From: an uncultured Candidatus Saccharibacteria bacterium
Lineage (GTDB): Bacteria > Patescibacteriota > Minisyncoccia > Phycocordibacterales > UBA918
Direction of reading: 5' to 3'
Length of the DNA stretch: 64,000 nt
Assembly: GCA_964626635.1 (NCBI GenBank)
Contig: CAZVFY010000001.1
Coordinates: 112,498 to 176,497 of the forward strand
The notes beneath the pieces were generated by a model. The model was not told where the DNA came from. It ran no database searches and saw only the letters and a program-made list of their open reading frames with translations. Position 1 is the stretch's first letter; each line of letters begins with the position of its first letter. Positions 47,806-58,907 of this stretch are shown piece by piece. The translations under genes were made by a program, and so were the position numbers.

Positions 47806-47869
47806 TTGACGTATCACTTTTTATGTTATACTATTTAGACTGATCTTCGCCCTTTTCACTACTGGAGGA
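47806..47869 (+). promoter_or_regulatory. Sigma70-type promoter and Shine-Dalgarno of the metalloprotease cassette
   Basis: TTGACG 47806-47811, TG-T-TATACT 47824-47832, GGAGGA 47864-47869 before ATG 47875. Confidence 0.65.
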
Positions 47870-47874
47870 AGCCC

Positions 47875-48582
47875 ATGGCAAAGTTCGCCATCAAGTCAGT
47901 CAGCGAACCGACAATCAGCCGCACTCGTCCCGTTTACGTCATGTTCGACGAAGGCGTGGAAGAGTTGGAGGCACAAGCAGTATTCGACGGCCTCTCGCAG
48001 GTCATGATCGCTGCTGGTACCCCCGCGCACATGAAGGTTACAAACTTCAGCGTGTGGCGGAACGCCAACTGGCTCGATGGCGATGGATACCTCACTGAGT
48101 GGAACTCGGTGGATTGGTACATTGCCTACACCAAGGAGCAAAGCCGTGAAGGTCAGCTCCATGGTGGCACCCTGCTGCGCTTACTTTACAGCGAACCGTG
48201 GCAGGAAGCTGACCCACACTACGACATCGTGGTCACGAGCCGTGACCTCTACGATGACGACTGCCACTTCTGCATCGGACTGGCCATTCGTGGATTCGGT
48301 ACGATCATCTCAACCAACCGCTTCCGTGGCCTGTCCATGCAGGACGCCTACAACTGTATCGTCACCGAGACGATGCATGAGGTCGGTCATGTGTTTGGTC
48401 TTGTCGCTGAGACGAGAAAGAGCAATGTCGAACGTTCGCTGGGGCTACATTGCACCAATCGGTGCATCATGCGGCAAGGGCTTCGAGTTCCTTATGACTG
48501 GCAGGCCATCACGGCTGACCGTCTTGAGGGACACGAGTTCTGCGGCGAATGTGCCCACGACCTCAAGCGATACTTTCACTAG
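47875..48582 (+). CDS. Archaemetzincin-like (peptidase M54) zinc metalloprotease
   Basis: HEVGHVFGL zinc motif, HCTNRCIM Met-turn, FCGEC (Cys4 second Zn site). Confidence 0.8.
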   Translation: MAKFAIKSVSEPTISRTRPVYVMFDEGVEELEAQAVFDGLSQVMIAAGTPAHMKVTNFSVWRNANWLDGDGYLTEWNSVDWYIAYTKEQSREGQLHGGTLLRLLYSEPWQEADPHYDIVVTSRDLYDDDCHFCIGLAIRGFGTIISTNRFRGLSMQDAYNCIVTETMHEVGHVFGLVAETRKSNVERSLGLHCTNRCIMRQGLRVPYDWQAITADRLEGHEFCGECAHDLKRYFH

Positions 48583-48636
48583 ACCGCTCAACCGAGAAAG
48601 GCTTAGCCTGACTTCGGTTGGGCGGCTTTTCTTTTG
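48583..48636 (+). terminator. Intrinsic terminator
   Basis: CCGCTCAACCGAG...TTCGGTTGGGCGG followed by CTTTTCTTTT. Confidence 0.75.
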
Positions 48637-48729
48637 TCTAGACGACCACCTCCTCTAACAAAGAGGTTCTGATGTTATCTAGTTCCCTCCGGAGATTAAA
48701 ACTTTTTGCTCTAAAAGGACTAATTGAAC

Positions 48730-49638
48730 CTATAAATTCATCCCGCGCAATCTTGCAATCCGCTCGGGTGCGGGAGGATGGGTCTGAAATAGGCTGCCGA
48801 GGCGCTGCCACAAGTTCTGCTTTTGGCCACCGTATGGATCACTGATGAATAAATGCGCCGTGGCGTGTGACGCCTTGCGCATCGGGACGCGTCGGCCCGC
48901 TGTCGAGATCTTGTCGAGTGCTGACGCGAGGCCCTCGGGGTAGCGCGTTAGCATGGCGCCAGTCGCGTCGGCCAGGTATTCGCGTTTGCGCGAGATAGCC
49001 AGCTGCATCAGCTGCGCGGCAATCGGTAGCAGGATGATCCCCGCCAGACCGAGGATGAGGAAAATCGGGCTGCGGTCACGCCCACCACCGAACATAAGCG
49101 ACCGAGACAAGAAGTCTGCCAAGATCGCCACAAACCCCGCCAGCACGACAGCCACCGTCATCACTAACATATCGCGGTTCCCTACGTGCGCGAGTTCGTG
49201 CGCCATCACGCCCTCTAGCTCATTTTTATCGAGAATCTCTAGTAGTCCAGATGTCGCTGCCACAACGGCATGTTCAGGATTGCGACCGGTCGCAAATGCG
49301 TTCGGTGAGGGGTCGTCGACGATATAGACGCGCGGCATCGGCAGGCCAGCGGTGATCGATAAGTTTTCGACCATCCGGATCAGCTCGAGTTCCTGAAACA
49401 CTTCGCGTCTCGCCTCGCGGGCATTGGTCATGCGCAACACCAATTTGTCTGAGCGCCAGTACGAAAAAATGTTCATACCCACCGCAAACGCTACGGCCAC
49501 ATACAAGATCCATGGACTACCGATATACCACGCCGCGGCGTAGCCGATGGCAATAATCATGACCAGGAACACCGCCATTAACATGATCGTTTTAAATATA
49601 TTCCTGGACTGGTGGGTGTAGATGTTTTGGTTACTCAT
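48730..49638 (-). CDS. htpX: Zinc metalloprotease HtpX (M48)
   Basis: PNAFATGRNPEHA, HELAH, AISRKREYLADA, THPP..ERI. Confidence 0.95.
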   Translation of the reverse strand: MSNQNIYTHQSRNIFKTIMLMAVFLVMIIAIGYAAAWYIGSPWILYVAVAFAVGMNIFSYWRSDKLVLRMTNAREARREVFQELELIRMVENLSITAGLPMPRVYIVDDPSPNAFATGRNPEHAVVAATSGLLEILDKNELEGVMAHELAHVGNRDMLVMTVAVVLAGFVAILADFLSRSLMFGGGRDRSPIFLILGLAGIILLPIAAQLMQLAISRKREYLADATGAMLTRYPEGLASALDKISTAGRRVPMRKASHATAHLFISDPYGGQKQNLWQRLGSLFQTHPPAPERIARLRGMNL

Positions 49639-49979
49639 GACTGTGTATACGTGGATGATAGCAGAAAATTGCGCTTTTTATAGAGGCCTTTTTGCTCGAC
49701 ATTAGACTGCATCGCCAGCGCGAATTCAGCCTCGCTGATCTCGTGGTGTTTGGTCAGTGTGTCAAGCGCCACCATCAAGTCGCAATACTCGCGGATAAAT
49801 GCTTCACGGTCGCTGGTTGCAACAAGTTCGGCTGCTTCTTCGAGCACTTTGTTACCCAATAATGCGACATACTCCTCATCATCTGTCACTTGGCGCACCT
49901 CGCAGGTATCGCCAGCCTGCGCGATGTTGTAGGGCACCAGATCACGCACCAATTTGTTGTAGGTAACAGTATGACTCAT
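49635..49979 (-). CDS. MazG-like nucleoside triphosphate pyrophosphohydrolase (PRA-PH-like)
   Basis: YNKLVRD..P, K..EE..E, E..D motifs. Confidence 0.8.
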   Translation of the reverse strand: MSHTVTYNKLVRDLVPYNIAQAGDTCEVRQVTDDEEYVALLGNKVLEEAAELVATSDREAFIREYCDLMVALDTLTKHHEISEAEFALAMQSNVEQKGLYKKRNFLLSSTYTQS

Positions 49980-49999
49980 AACAAGGACGAACTACCAGT

Positions 50000-50614
50000 T
50001 TAGGCAGTAGCACTTGATCCAAAGTCGACCTTGACTGGCTGACGAGCTGCTTGTTCGGTCGGATCAAGTTCAAAGTATTCGAACGGTCGGAAATTGAAGG
50101 CGTTACCGATGATGTTACTCGGGAATGATTGCAGGGCGATCAACAAGTCGCGTACATTAGTGTTGTAGAATCGTCGTGAGGCTTGAATTTTGTTTTCGGT
50201 GTCGGTCAGCTCGGCCTGTAATTCCGAAAAGTTCTGTGATGCTTTTAGGTCCGGGTACGCCTCGGCGATCGCCAAGAGGTTACCGATTGCGCCACCGAGC
50301 GCTGCCTCAGCGCCGGCCATGGCCTTAATCTGTTCTGGTGTGACGTTTGACGGATCAACGTGCGTGGCGGTCGCATTGGCGCGTGCTGCTGTCACGGCGT
50401 CGAGGGTTTCGCGTTCATGGGCCGCATAGCCTTTGACGGTCTCGATCAAGTTCGGGATAAGGTCGTAACGTCGTTTTAGTTGGACGTCAATGTCTGACCA
50501 GGCCTCTTTGGTGCGCTGGGTGAGTTTAATAAATTTGTTGTACGCGTAAATCACGTATCCAATTAGCAATACGGCGATAACGATTAAAATGATGAGTCCA
50601 ATTCCAAGTTCCAT
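50000..50614 (-). CDS. lemA: LemA family protein
   Basis: AWSDIDVQLKRRYDLIPNL, EAYPDLKA..NF, ENKIQASRRFYN. Confidence 0.95.
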   Translation of the reverse strand: MELGIGLIILIVIAVLLIGYVIYAYNKFIKLTQRTKEAWSDIDVQLKRRYDLIPNLIETVKGYAAHERETLDAVTAARANATATHVDPSNVTPEQIKAMAGAEAALGGAIGNLLAIAEAYPDLKASQNFSELQAELTDTENKIQASRRFYNTNVRDLLIALQSFPSNIIGNAFNFRPFEYFELDPTEQAARQPVKVDFGSSATA

Positions 50615-50648
50615 AGATATTAATTAGTTTGTACTTTTATTATACAAC

Positions 50649-50674
50649 AAAACACTGGCGTAAACCAGCGTTTT
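50649..50674 (-). terminator. Terminator after groL
   Basis: Minus strand AAAACGCTGG-TTTACG-CCAGTGTTTT. Confidence 0.7.
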
Positions 50675-50696
50675 ATACGCACATTTAGTAGTTAAC

Positions 50697-52358
<1,662 letters not shown>

Positions 52359-52365
52359 TTACTGA

Positions 52366-52686
52366 TTATTGTTTGTTAAAAACTCCCAAAATGCTTGATT
52401 CAGATACAATAAAGTACTCCTTTTCTTCGATTTTTACTTCGTCGTAGCCGTACTTACTAAATACCACTCGGTCACCTACGCTCACATCCATTTTCAGTCG
52501 CTCGTCGCCATCATCGTTCCACTTACCAGCACCGACCGCCACTACAATCCCTTGTTCTGGCTTTTCTTTCTTGGCTGTTTCAGGAATAATAATGCCGCTT
52601 TTCGAGACACTGCCTGATTCTTCTTCTGTTAATGGACGTACCACTACGCGGTCATGAAGTGGTTTGATTGGACTTTTTTCTGACAT
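52366..52686 (-). CDS. groS: Co-chaperonin GroES
   Basis: KPLHDRVVV, SGIIIPETAKKEKP, VGDRVVFSKYG. Confidence 0.98.
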   Translation of the reverse strand: MSEKSPIKPLHDRVVVRPLTEEESGSVSKSGIIIPETAKKEKPEQGIVVAVGAGKWNDDGDERLKMDVSVGDRVVFSKYGYDEVKIEEKEYFIVSESSILGVFNKQ

Positions 52687-52770
52687 ACAATTCTATAGTT
52701 GGATTATTTGAAATAACAGTGTAGCGGACGAAAGTCACCACAACTTCCATAACGCTTCCGTCGCACTGCC

Positions 52771-52798
52771 ATTATAACGCAGGTCGTAAAGGTTGCAA
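52771..52798 (-). promoter_or_regulatory. Sigma70-type promoter of groESL
   Basis: TTGCAA-16 nt-TATAAT on the minus strand. Confidence 0.65.
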
Positions 52799-52805
52799 TT
52801 TTAGG

Positions 52806-52861
52806 TTGACACATATGATTTTTCATGTATAATGTACTTCTACATCACAAAATTCAAGGAG
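52806..52861 (+). promoter_or_regulatory. Consensus promoter and SD of the LolA-like cassette
   Basis: TTGACA 52806-52811, 16 nt, TATAAT 52828-52833; AAGGAG 52856-52861. Confidence 0.8.
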
Positions 52862-52865
52862 ACTC

Positions 52866-53372
52866 GTGATGATACGTACTCTGTTCTTTCTGCTCGCCCT
52901 GTTTGCACCCGCGGGCGCCTCGGCCATGACCCAGCAGCGGCTCGAGTCCTGCTGGGGTAACATCCAGCCCTACCAGGTTGGCTTCACCGAGGTCTACAAC
53001 GATGGATCTCGCGCCCGCGGCACGTTCGTCGTCGAGAGTCCCTCGACCGTTCGACTGCGGTACCACTCGGGCGCCGAGACCTGGTTCACTCGACAGAAGT
53101 TTCACGTCCGTGACCATGTGTCCGGGCGTGTGGAAGAGTATCCGGGCGGCACGTTCACCTACCTGATGCGTCGCAAGCCCCAGCTCGGTCGCGTGGCGAC
53201 GCAGATCATGCCTGGTGACCGAGAAACCGGTGTCCGTCTGCACGATCCCAGTGGTCGAGTTGGCGGACATGTCGACGTCTATTTCGACAACAACTGCCGG
53301 ATGGTGCGATGGGAAACCCGCACCATCGTCGACGGGAGGCAGAACCATGTTGACACCCACTTCGGTGGGTGA
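52866..53372 (+). CDS. Secreted LolA-like (lipoprotein carrier fold) protein
   Basis: Signal peptide; F.E...DG....G.F....P...R..Y, ..EYP....., V.L.DP.....G.....F......W pattern resembling alphaproteobacterial LolA; start may be ATG 52869. Confidence 0.55.
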   Translation: MMIRTLFFLLALFAPAGASAMTQQRLESCWGNIQPYQVGFTEVYNDGSRARGTFVVESPSTVRLRYHSGAETWFTRQKFHVRDHVSGRVEEYPGGTFTYLMRRKPQLGRVATQIMPGDRETGVRLHDPSGRVGGHVDVYFDNNCRMVRWETRTIVDGRQNHVDTHFGG

Positions 53373-53378
53373 GACCCC

Positions 53379-53407
53379 AGCCCCGCGCTTCTTGAGCGCG
53401 GGGCTTT
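53379..53407 (+). terminator. Intrinsic terminator
   Basis: AGCCCCGCGCT-TCTTG-AGCGCGGGGCT-TT; a second C(UUCG)G hairpin ACCCAC-TTCG-GTGGGT lies at 53355-53370. Confidence 0.8.
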
Positions 53408-53447
53408 ACCATTGAAGTTTTACGCCAATCTGCTATAGTTTTCCTTA

Positions 53448-53687
53448 ATGAATGTAATTGCAACTATTCTGGCAGTATTGCCATACATCCAAATTGTGCT
53501 CGCAATAGTACTGGTGACAGTTATTTTGTTACAACAACGCGGGTCGAGCCTCGGGGGTGCTTTTGGTGGCGACAACTTTAGCTCAGCCTTCAATAAGCGC
53601 CGTGGCGCAGAAGAATTCTTATTCCGATTTACGGTCGTTACCGCACTGTTATTTGTCGTCTCGACGTTCCTCAACATTCTGTTGTAA
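53448..53687 (+). CDS. secG: Preprotein translocase subunit SecG
   Basis: ILLQQRGSSLGGAFGG...RRGAEEFL..FT. Confidence 0.92.
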   Translation: MNVIATILAVLPYIQIVLAIVLVTVILLQQRGSSLGGAFGGDNFSSAFNKRRGAEEFLFRFTVVTALLFVVSTFLNILL

Positions 53688-53823
53688 ACAGTTATTGTGC
53701 GTGCCTTGCGTGCACTAGTTCCCGGCTGATAGCAGATGCAGCAGTGTGCTGACACACATCAGCTGGCGCCCCATTGGATCTTTTGCATTCGATATCATAC
53801 ACAATCCATCTCTCTTGTAGTAC

Positions 53824-55548
53824 ATGAAAAGATTATTTTCACCCGTTCGTCTCATATCGTTTATTGAATCCGCTAAAGCGAGCGATCGATGGTTGTTGCG
53901 TATATTGTTATTTGCCATGATTGGAGCGCTGATCTGGTCTATCATCGCCGTCAGTAGCATGTTTACAGAAGCCACTGCTGGGGCTGGTGGACACTGGCAC
54001 GAAGGGATCCTCGGTACACCGAGATTCGTAAACCCGGTCCTAGCCCAAAGCCAAGCTGACCGCGATATGGTGGCTCTGGTGTATTCCGGTCTACTTAAGA
54101 TTGATGCCAATGGTGAATTGACTACAGACCTAGCTAGCGACTGGACCGTTACTGACGACGGACTGACGTACGTCGTGTCCTTGCGTCGCGACGCCACATT
54201 TCATGACGGCGTACCGGTCACGAGCGAAGATGTCGCTTTTACCATTGACCTAATCCAGAATGACGCTCTCAACAGCCCGCGCAGTGGCGAGTGGGTTGAT
54301 GTGTCGCTCGCTGTCATCGACGCGTACACCATCGAATTTACCCTGACCGAACCGTATGCACCATTTTTGTATAACCTCACGCTCGGCGTACTACCAGCCC
54401 ACGAGTGGCGCGGATTACCAGTTGAGCAGCTGCCGTTTAGTAATTTGAATCTGGTACCAGTCGGGTCTGGGCCGTACGAGATTGCTGACACTCGTTTTGC
54501 GGACACTGGCGCGATCAATCGCTACCGATTAAACCGCGCGGACAACCATTATGCCCAACCCCTAATTAAACAAATCACGGTGTCATTTTATGATTCGGTT
54601 GAACTACTCGAACAAGCGCTAGCTAGCGGCGATGTAGACGCCACGGCGTACGCCAGTCCAACATTTGTGACCGACCTCGCAGCAGAAGGGCTAGGGGCTG
54701 AGGCGGTACCCCAGACCAGGGTATTTGGGTTGTTTTTTAATCAAAACCGCTCGGCTGCATTGCGAGATGCGGCGGTCCGCGAGGCGTTAGATATTGTGAT
54801 TGATCGTGATCAGATTATTGCCGAAGCTAACCTCGCCGCACGTCCCCGATTATTTGCTGGGCAATTAGATGATAATGCGCTAGAATCAAACGATCAGCAG
54901 GAAGCGTCCGCAACTCGACCTGACTCCCCCATTGCCGTAGCCAATGACGTATTAGAAGCGGCTGGCTGGTCGCAAAACGCAGACGGACTATGGCAAACGG
55001 AAGTTGATGAAAGTGAAGTGGAGCTAACTGTCGTGATCAAAACCAGTAACGCCCCGGTCTTTAATGACATCGCAAAAGCGGTGCAAACTGCTTGGGAGTC
55101 ACTCGGCGTGAGCGTAGCGATCGAACAGTACGAGCGTAATGATTTAGCTCGCTCAGTGATTGGTCCACGTGATTTTGAGGTATTGTTGTTTGGGGTTGAT
55201 CCCGGGTATAGCCAAAACTTGTATCCCCTCTGGCACTCGTCGCAGCGAGATGATCCAGGTTCGAATATATCACAGTACACCAATCTGACGGTGGACGATG
55301 CACTTGAGGTATTGCAGGTCAGTGCAGATCCAGTTGAGCGGACCGACGCCATCAACACCATCAATACCGTCATTTACGAAGAAAAACCAGCCCTGTTGCT
55401 ATTTACCCCGACTGTCCAGTACGTGTACCCGAACAATCTCACCGAGAGTCTCCCGCCATTGCTAACGGAACCAGCTGATCGATTTTCGACAGTGAGCGAC
55501 TGGTACATCGAAACCGATTCCATTTGGCCAATTTTTAATACTGATTAA
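53824..55548 (+). CDS. ABC peptide/nickel-type substrate-binding protein (family 5), membrane anchored
   Basis: LVYSGLL, DLA..W.V..DG.TY...LR....FHDG.PVT.EDV.FT, PVGSGPY; no permease genes adjacent. Confidence 0.9.
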   Translation: MKRLFSPVRLISFIESAKASDRWLLRILLFAMIGALIWSIIAVSSMFTEATAGAGGHWHEGILGTPRFVNPVLAQSQADRDMVALVYSGLLKIDANGELTTDLASDWTVTDDGLTYVVSLRRDATFHDGVPVTSEDVAFTIDLIQNDALNSPRSGEWVDVSLAVIDAYTIEFTLTEPYAPFLYNLTLGVLPAHEWRGLPVEQLPFSNLNLVPVGSGPYEIADTRFADTGAINRYRLNRADNHYAQPLIKQITVSFYDSVELLEQALASGDVDATAYASPTFVTDLAAEGLGAEAVPQTRVFGLFFNQNRSAALRDAAVREALDIVIDRDQIIAEANLAARPRLFAGQLDDNALESNDQQEASATRPDSPIAVANDVLEAAGWSQNADGLWQTEVDESEVELTVVIKTSNAPVFNDIAKAVQTAWESLGVSVAIEQYERNDLARSVIGPRDFEVLLFGVDPGYSQNLYPLWHSSQRDDPGSNISQYTNLTVDDALEVLQVSADPVERTDAINTINTVIYEEKPALLLFTPTVQYVYPNNLTESLPPLLTEPADRFSTVSDWYIETDSIWPIFNTD

Positions 55549-55565
55549 GCAGTAACTAACCATTT

Positions 55566-57614
55566 ATGAACGAACAAAACAATCAATCTAATAACAATCG
55601 CTCGCGGCGCACGTTTTCGCCTCGTCGCGGATTTGGTAACCGTACCAATAACAACGACAATCGCTCGGGGGGCAGTGGCCAAAACCGCGGTGGTGGACCG
55701 CGTGGCGGCGGTGGCCAACACCGCCCCGGCGGCGTACAACGATCTAGTGGCGGTAACCGCGGTGGTGGACGCAATGTCCAAGATCGTGGTGGCAATGGTA
55801 AGGGCGGTAATCGTGGTGCCGGTGGCGGACAGCGTCGCGGTGGCAACAATCACCGCCGTCGCTCCGACAAAGCTCCTGCCCTCACGCACCGCCTCAGCGA
55901 AACCACCGACAAAATGCCAGTCATTCCTGAAATCACTGACGAAGACACTGTACGCATCATCACCGTATCAGGGGTCGAAGAAATCGGCCGCAACATGAAC
56001 ATCATCGAAACCAAAGACGATATCCTCGTGATCGACGCTGGGTTCCAGTTTGTATCAGAAGAAAGCAATGCGCCCGGTATTAACTACATTCTACCGAACA
56101 CGCAGTACCTCGAGGAACGCAAGCACAAAATTCGCGGACTCTTGGTGACGCACGGTCACCTCGACCACATCGGCGGTATTCCCTTCGTGCTCGAACGAAT
56201 TGGCAATCCACCAATTTACACGCAGTACCTGACTTCACTGATGATCCTCAAGCGCCAAGAGGAATTCCCGCAGATGGAACCAGTCAACATGAACGTCGTC
56301 AAAGAAGGCGAAACGTTCACTGTCGGCAACACCAAGGTCAAGTCATTCCCAGTGACCCACTCGATTCCAGATGCGATGGGTATTGGCATCGAAACCAAGC
56401 ACGGTGATATCGTCATCACGGGCGACATCAAGCTAGTCCACGAAAACGGTGAGGTCGTCGTCGAAGAACGGTCCAGCTGGGAAAAGGTGGGAAAGAACAA
56501 CAACCTGGCTCTCTTATGTGACTCGACCAACTCTGACCGCGCAGGTTTCTCGGCGACCGAAGCCCGTGTATACGAAACTCTCGAAAATATTATCCGTGCT
56601 GCCACTGGCCGCCTGATCATCGGGACATTTGCGTCGCAGTTTGATCGTTTGATCAACGTGATCAAAACGTGTGAAGAACTCGGCAAAAAGGTCGTCCTCG
56701 AAGGCCGCTCCATGAAAACCAACGTCGAGATCGCCCTGCACGCAGAACTGCTACAAGTCGACCCCGGCGTGTTTATTCCAGCTGGTGATATTGGTGAATA
56801 TCCAACCGACAAAATCGTCGTATTATCAACTGGTGCCCAGGGCGAAGAGTTCGCCGCCCTGATGCGCATGGCCACTGACAAGCACAAGTTTATTACTTTG
56901 ACAGAACGTGACACCATTGTGTTGTCATCATCTGTCATCCCAGGAAATGAAATTGCTGTCCAGAAATTAAAAGACAACATCTACCGCAAGAACGTCAAAG
57001 TCATTAACTACCAAGGCTCACACGTGCACTCTAGCGGGCACGGCAACGCTGGTGAGTTGATCTGGGTACAACAAACCGTTAAGCCCAAGTTCCTCGTCCC
57101 GGTGCACGGTCACCACTACCACCTCAAGAGCCACATGTACGCCTCAGTGGAGAATGGCTTCCCTCGTGAGAATATTGTAGTACCGGATAACGGTACCATC
57201 ATCGATATTCACAACGGCGAGACTATTAGCGTCCAGCCAATGAAAGTTCCCAATGAACTATTGATGGTCGACGGTTTTACAGTTGGCACTAAACAAGAAG
57301 TCGTCTTGCGCGATCGCCAAACGCTGGCCGAAGACGGCATGTTCGTGATTATTGCAACCGTCAACACCAAGACCGGTAAACTGCGCAAGTCGCCAGACAT
57401 CATCTCTCGTGGGTTTGTGTATCTGCGTGAGAATCAGCAATTACTCTCGGAAGCGCGCGTTCTCGTCAAGCGCACCATTGAAAAGCACACTGAACACATG
57501 CAGCCGCTCGACCTCGAATACGTTAAGGAGCAAGTATCAGACACACTATCTGGTTTCCTCATGCAGCGCACCCAAAAGACACCGATGGTGATCCCGGTAC
57601 TAATCGGCATCTAA
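55566..57614 (+). CDS. rnj: Ribonuclease J with N-terminal Gly/Arg/Asn-rich disordered extension
   Basis: GVEEIGRNM, THGHLDHIG, HSIPD, TGAQGE, HSSGH, PVHG, SRGFVY. Confidence 0.95.
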   Translation: MNEQNNQSNNNRSRRTFSPRRGFGNRTNNNDNRSGGSGQNRGGGPRGGGGQHRPGGVQRSSGGNRGGGRNVQDRGGNGKGGNRGAGGGQRRGGNNHRRRSDKAPALTHRLSETTDKMPVIPEITDEDTVRIITVSGVEEIGRNMNIIETKDDILVIDAGFQFVSEESNAPGINYILPNTQYLEERKHKIRGLLVTHGHLDHIGGIPFVLERIGNPPIYTQYLTSLMILKRQEEFPQMEPVNMNVVKEGETFTVGNTKVKSFPVTHSIPDAMGIGIETKHGDIVITGDIKLVHENGEVVVEERSSWEKVGKNNNLALLCDSTNSDRAGFSATEARVYETLENIIRAATGRLIIGTFASQFDRLINVIKTCEELGKKVVLEGRSMKTNVEIALHAELLQVDPGVFIPAGDIGEYPTDKIVVLSTGAQGEEFAALMRMATDKHKFITLTERDTIVLSSSVIPGNEIAVQKLKDNIYRKNVKVINYQGSHVHSSGHGNAGELIWVQQTVKPKFLVPVHGHHYHLKSHMYASVENGFPRENIVVPDNGTIIDIHNGETISVQPMKVPNELLMVDGFTVGTKQEVVLRDRQTLAEDGMFVIIATVNTKTGKLRKSPDIISRGFVYLRENQQLLSEARVLVKRTIEKHTEHMQPLDLEYVKEQVSDTLSGFLMQRTQKTPMVIPVLIGI

Positions 57615-57641
57615 ACAAAACTACTACGTAGTACACAAGTA

Positions 57642-57675
57642 CACCCCTCAGCACAGTTGTGCCGCGGGGTTTCTT
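57642..57675 (+). terminator. Probable terminator after rnj
   Basis: ACCCC..GCACA-GT-TGTGC..GGGGT-TTCTT. Confidence 0.5.
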
Positions 57676-57691
57676 GTATACTAGTCTCAGT

Positions 57692-58897
57692 ATGCCGATC
57701 CCGACACACGTTTCGCCTGTTCATTTCTTGCGTACCACTCCACGTAAACGACAGTTATGGCCAACTTATGCCATGACGCTGCTGCTGATTTTCCACGGTC
57801 TTACAGTCCTGTTCTACAACTCTACCTACCTTGGACAGTTCTTTAGCACTGAACACATTGGGCTGATTTTTATGTCTGGTTCGTTACTGGGAGTTATGTG
57901 CTTCCTAGGAATCGCAAAACTCCTGCGAATATTTGGCAATTTTTACCTGACAATACTTTTATTAGCAGCAGATTTCGTGGCTATAATCACCATGGCAGTT
58001 ACGACCAACGCTGTGATTGCAGTGACCTCTCTACTAGTACACTTGTTGACAGTACCGCTCATTATATTTTCGCTCGATGTATTTTTAGAAGCTCGAATTG
58101 GTAATGATGAATCCAGCACAGGTTCCAGCCGCGGCCTTCTGCTCACGCTCAGTAGTCTGGTGGCTGCGCTGTCACCGCTAATAGCTGGACTAGTGATCAG
58201 CGAAGACAATCTTTCAATGGCATATATATTGAGCGCGTGTAGCATTGTGCCAATAATCATCCTACTATTTATACATGAGCGCCAATTCAAAGATCCAAAG
58301 TACCCATCTGTACCGGTCTGGGGTGCGGTACGTCTATTTTTGCATAATCATAACTTGCGCGGTGTGAGTGTGGCACATTTAGTGCTACAAACCTTTTTTT
58401 CAGTAATGGTTATTTATATGCCAATTTATCTAACCCAAGAGATCGGCTTAACTCTGCGCGAATTTGGTGTCATTATGTTTATCGCAATTATGGCCTTTGT
58501 TTTACTCGAGTACCCCGTAGGCAAATTAGCTGATAGTACAATTGGAGAAAAAGAACTGATGGCAGTGGGGTTTACAATTATGATTCTGGCTCTGGGTTGG
58601 ATATCATTTACCACCACTACGCACGTTGCGGCATGGGCTGGAATATTATTCTTTTCGCGCATTGGGGCGGCCTTGGCCGAGGTAACCACTGAGAGTTACT
58701 TTTTTAAACAAACCAAATCAGTAGACGCGCAAATTATTAGCTTTTTTCGACTGACCAGACCGCTCGCGGGTTTCTTAGGCGCAGCATTCGGTAGTCTTGC
58801 ATTACTTTTCATACCTTTAAATCTAGTATTTGTAGCGTTTGCAGTGCTTGTGCTACCGGCTCTGATTGCTACTATGACCATCACTGACTCGCGATAG
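57692..58897 (+). CDS. MFS transporter
   Basis: ~12 TM segments, GKLADSTIGEK loop motif; probable start 57692. Confidence 0.85.
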   Translation: MPIPTHVSPVHFLRTTPRKRQLWPTYAMTLLLIFHGLTVLFYNSTYLGQFFSTEHIGLIFMSGSLLGVMCFLGIAKLLRIFGNFYLTILLLAADFVAIITMAVTTNAVIAVTSLLVHLLTVPLIIFSLDVFLEARIGNDESSTGSSRGLLLTLSSLVAALSPLIAGLVISEDNLSMAYILSACSIVPIIILLFIHERQFKDPKYPSVPVWGAVRLFLHNHNLRGVSVAHLVLQTFFSVMVIYMPIYLTQEIGLTLREFGVIMFIAIMAFVLLEYPVGKLADSTIGEKELMAVGFTIMILALGWISFTTTTHVAAWAGILFFSRIGAALAEVTTESYFFKQTKSVDAQIISFFRLTRPLAGFLGAAFGSLALLFIPLNLVFVAFAVLVLPALIATMTITDSR

Positions 58898-58907
58898 TAC
58901 ATAATTG

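Noticed and set aside
47717-48700. Integrative element at tRNA-Ser
   Set aside because: No integrase and no duplicated tRNA 3' end (att site) visible
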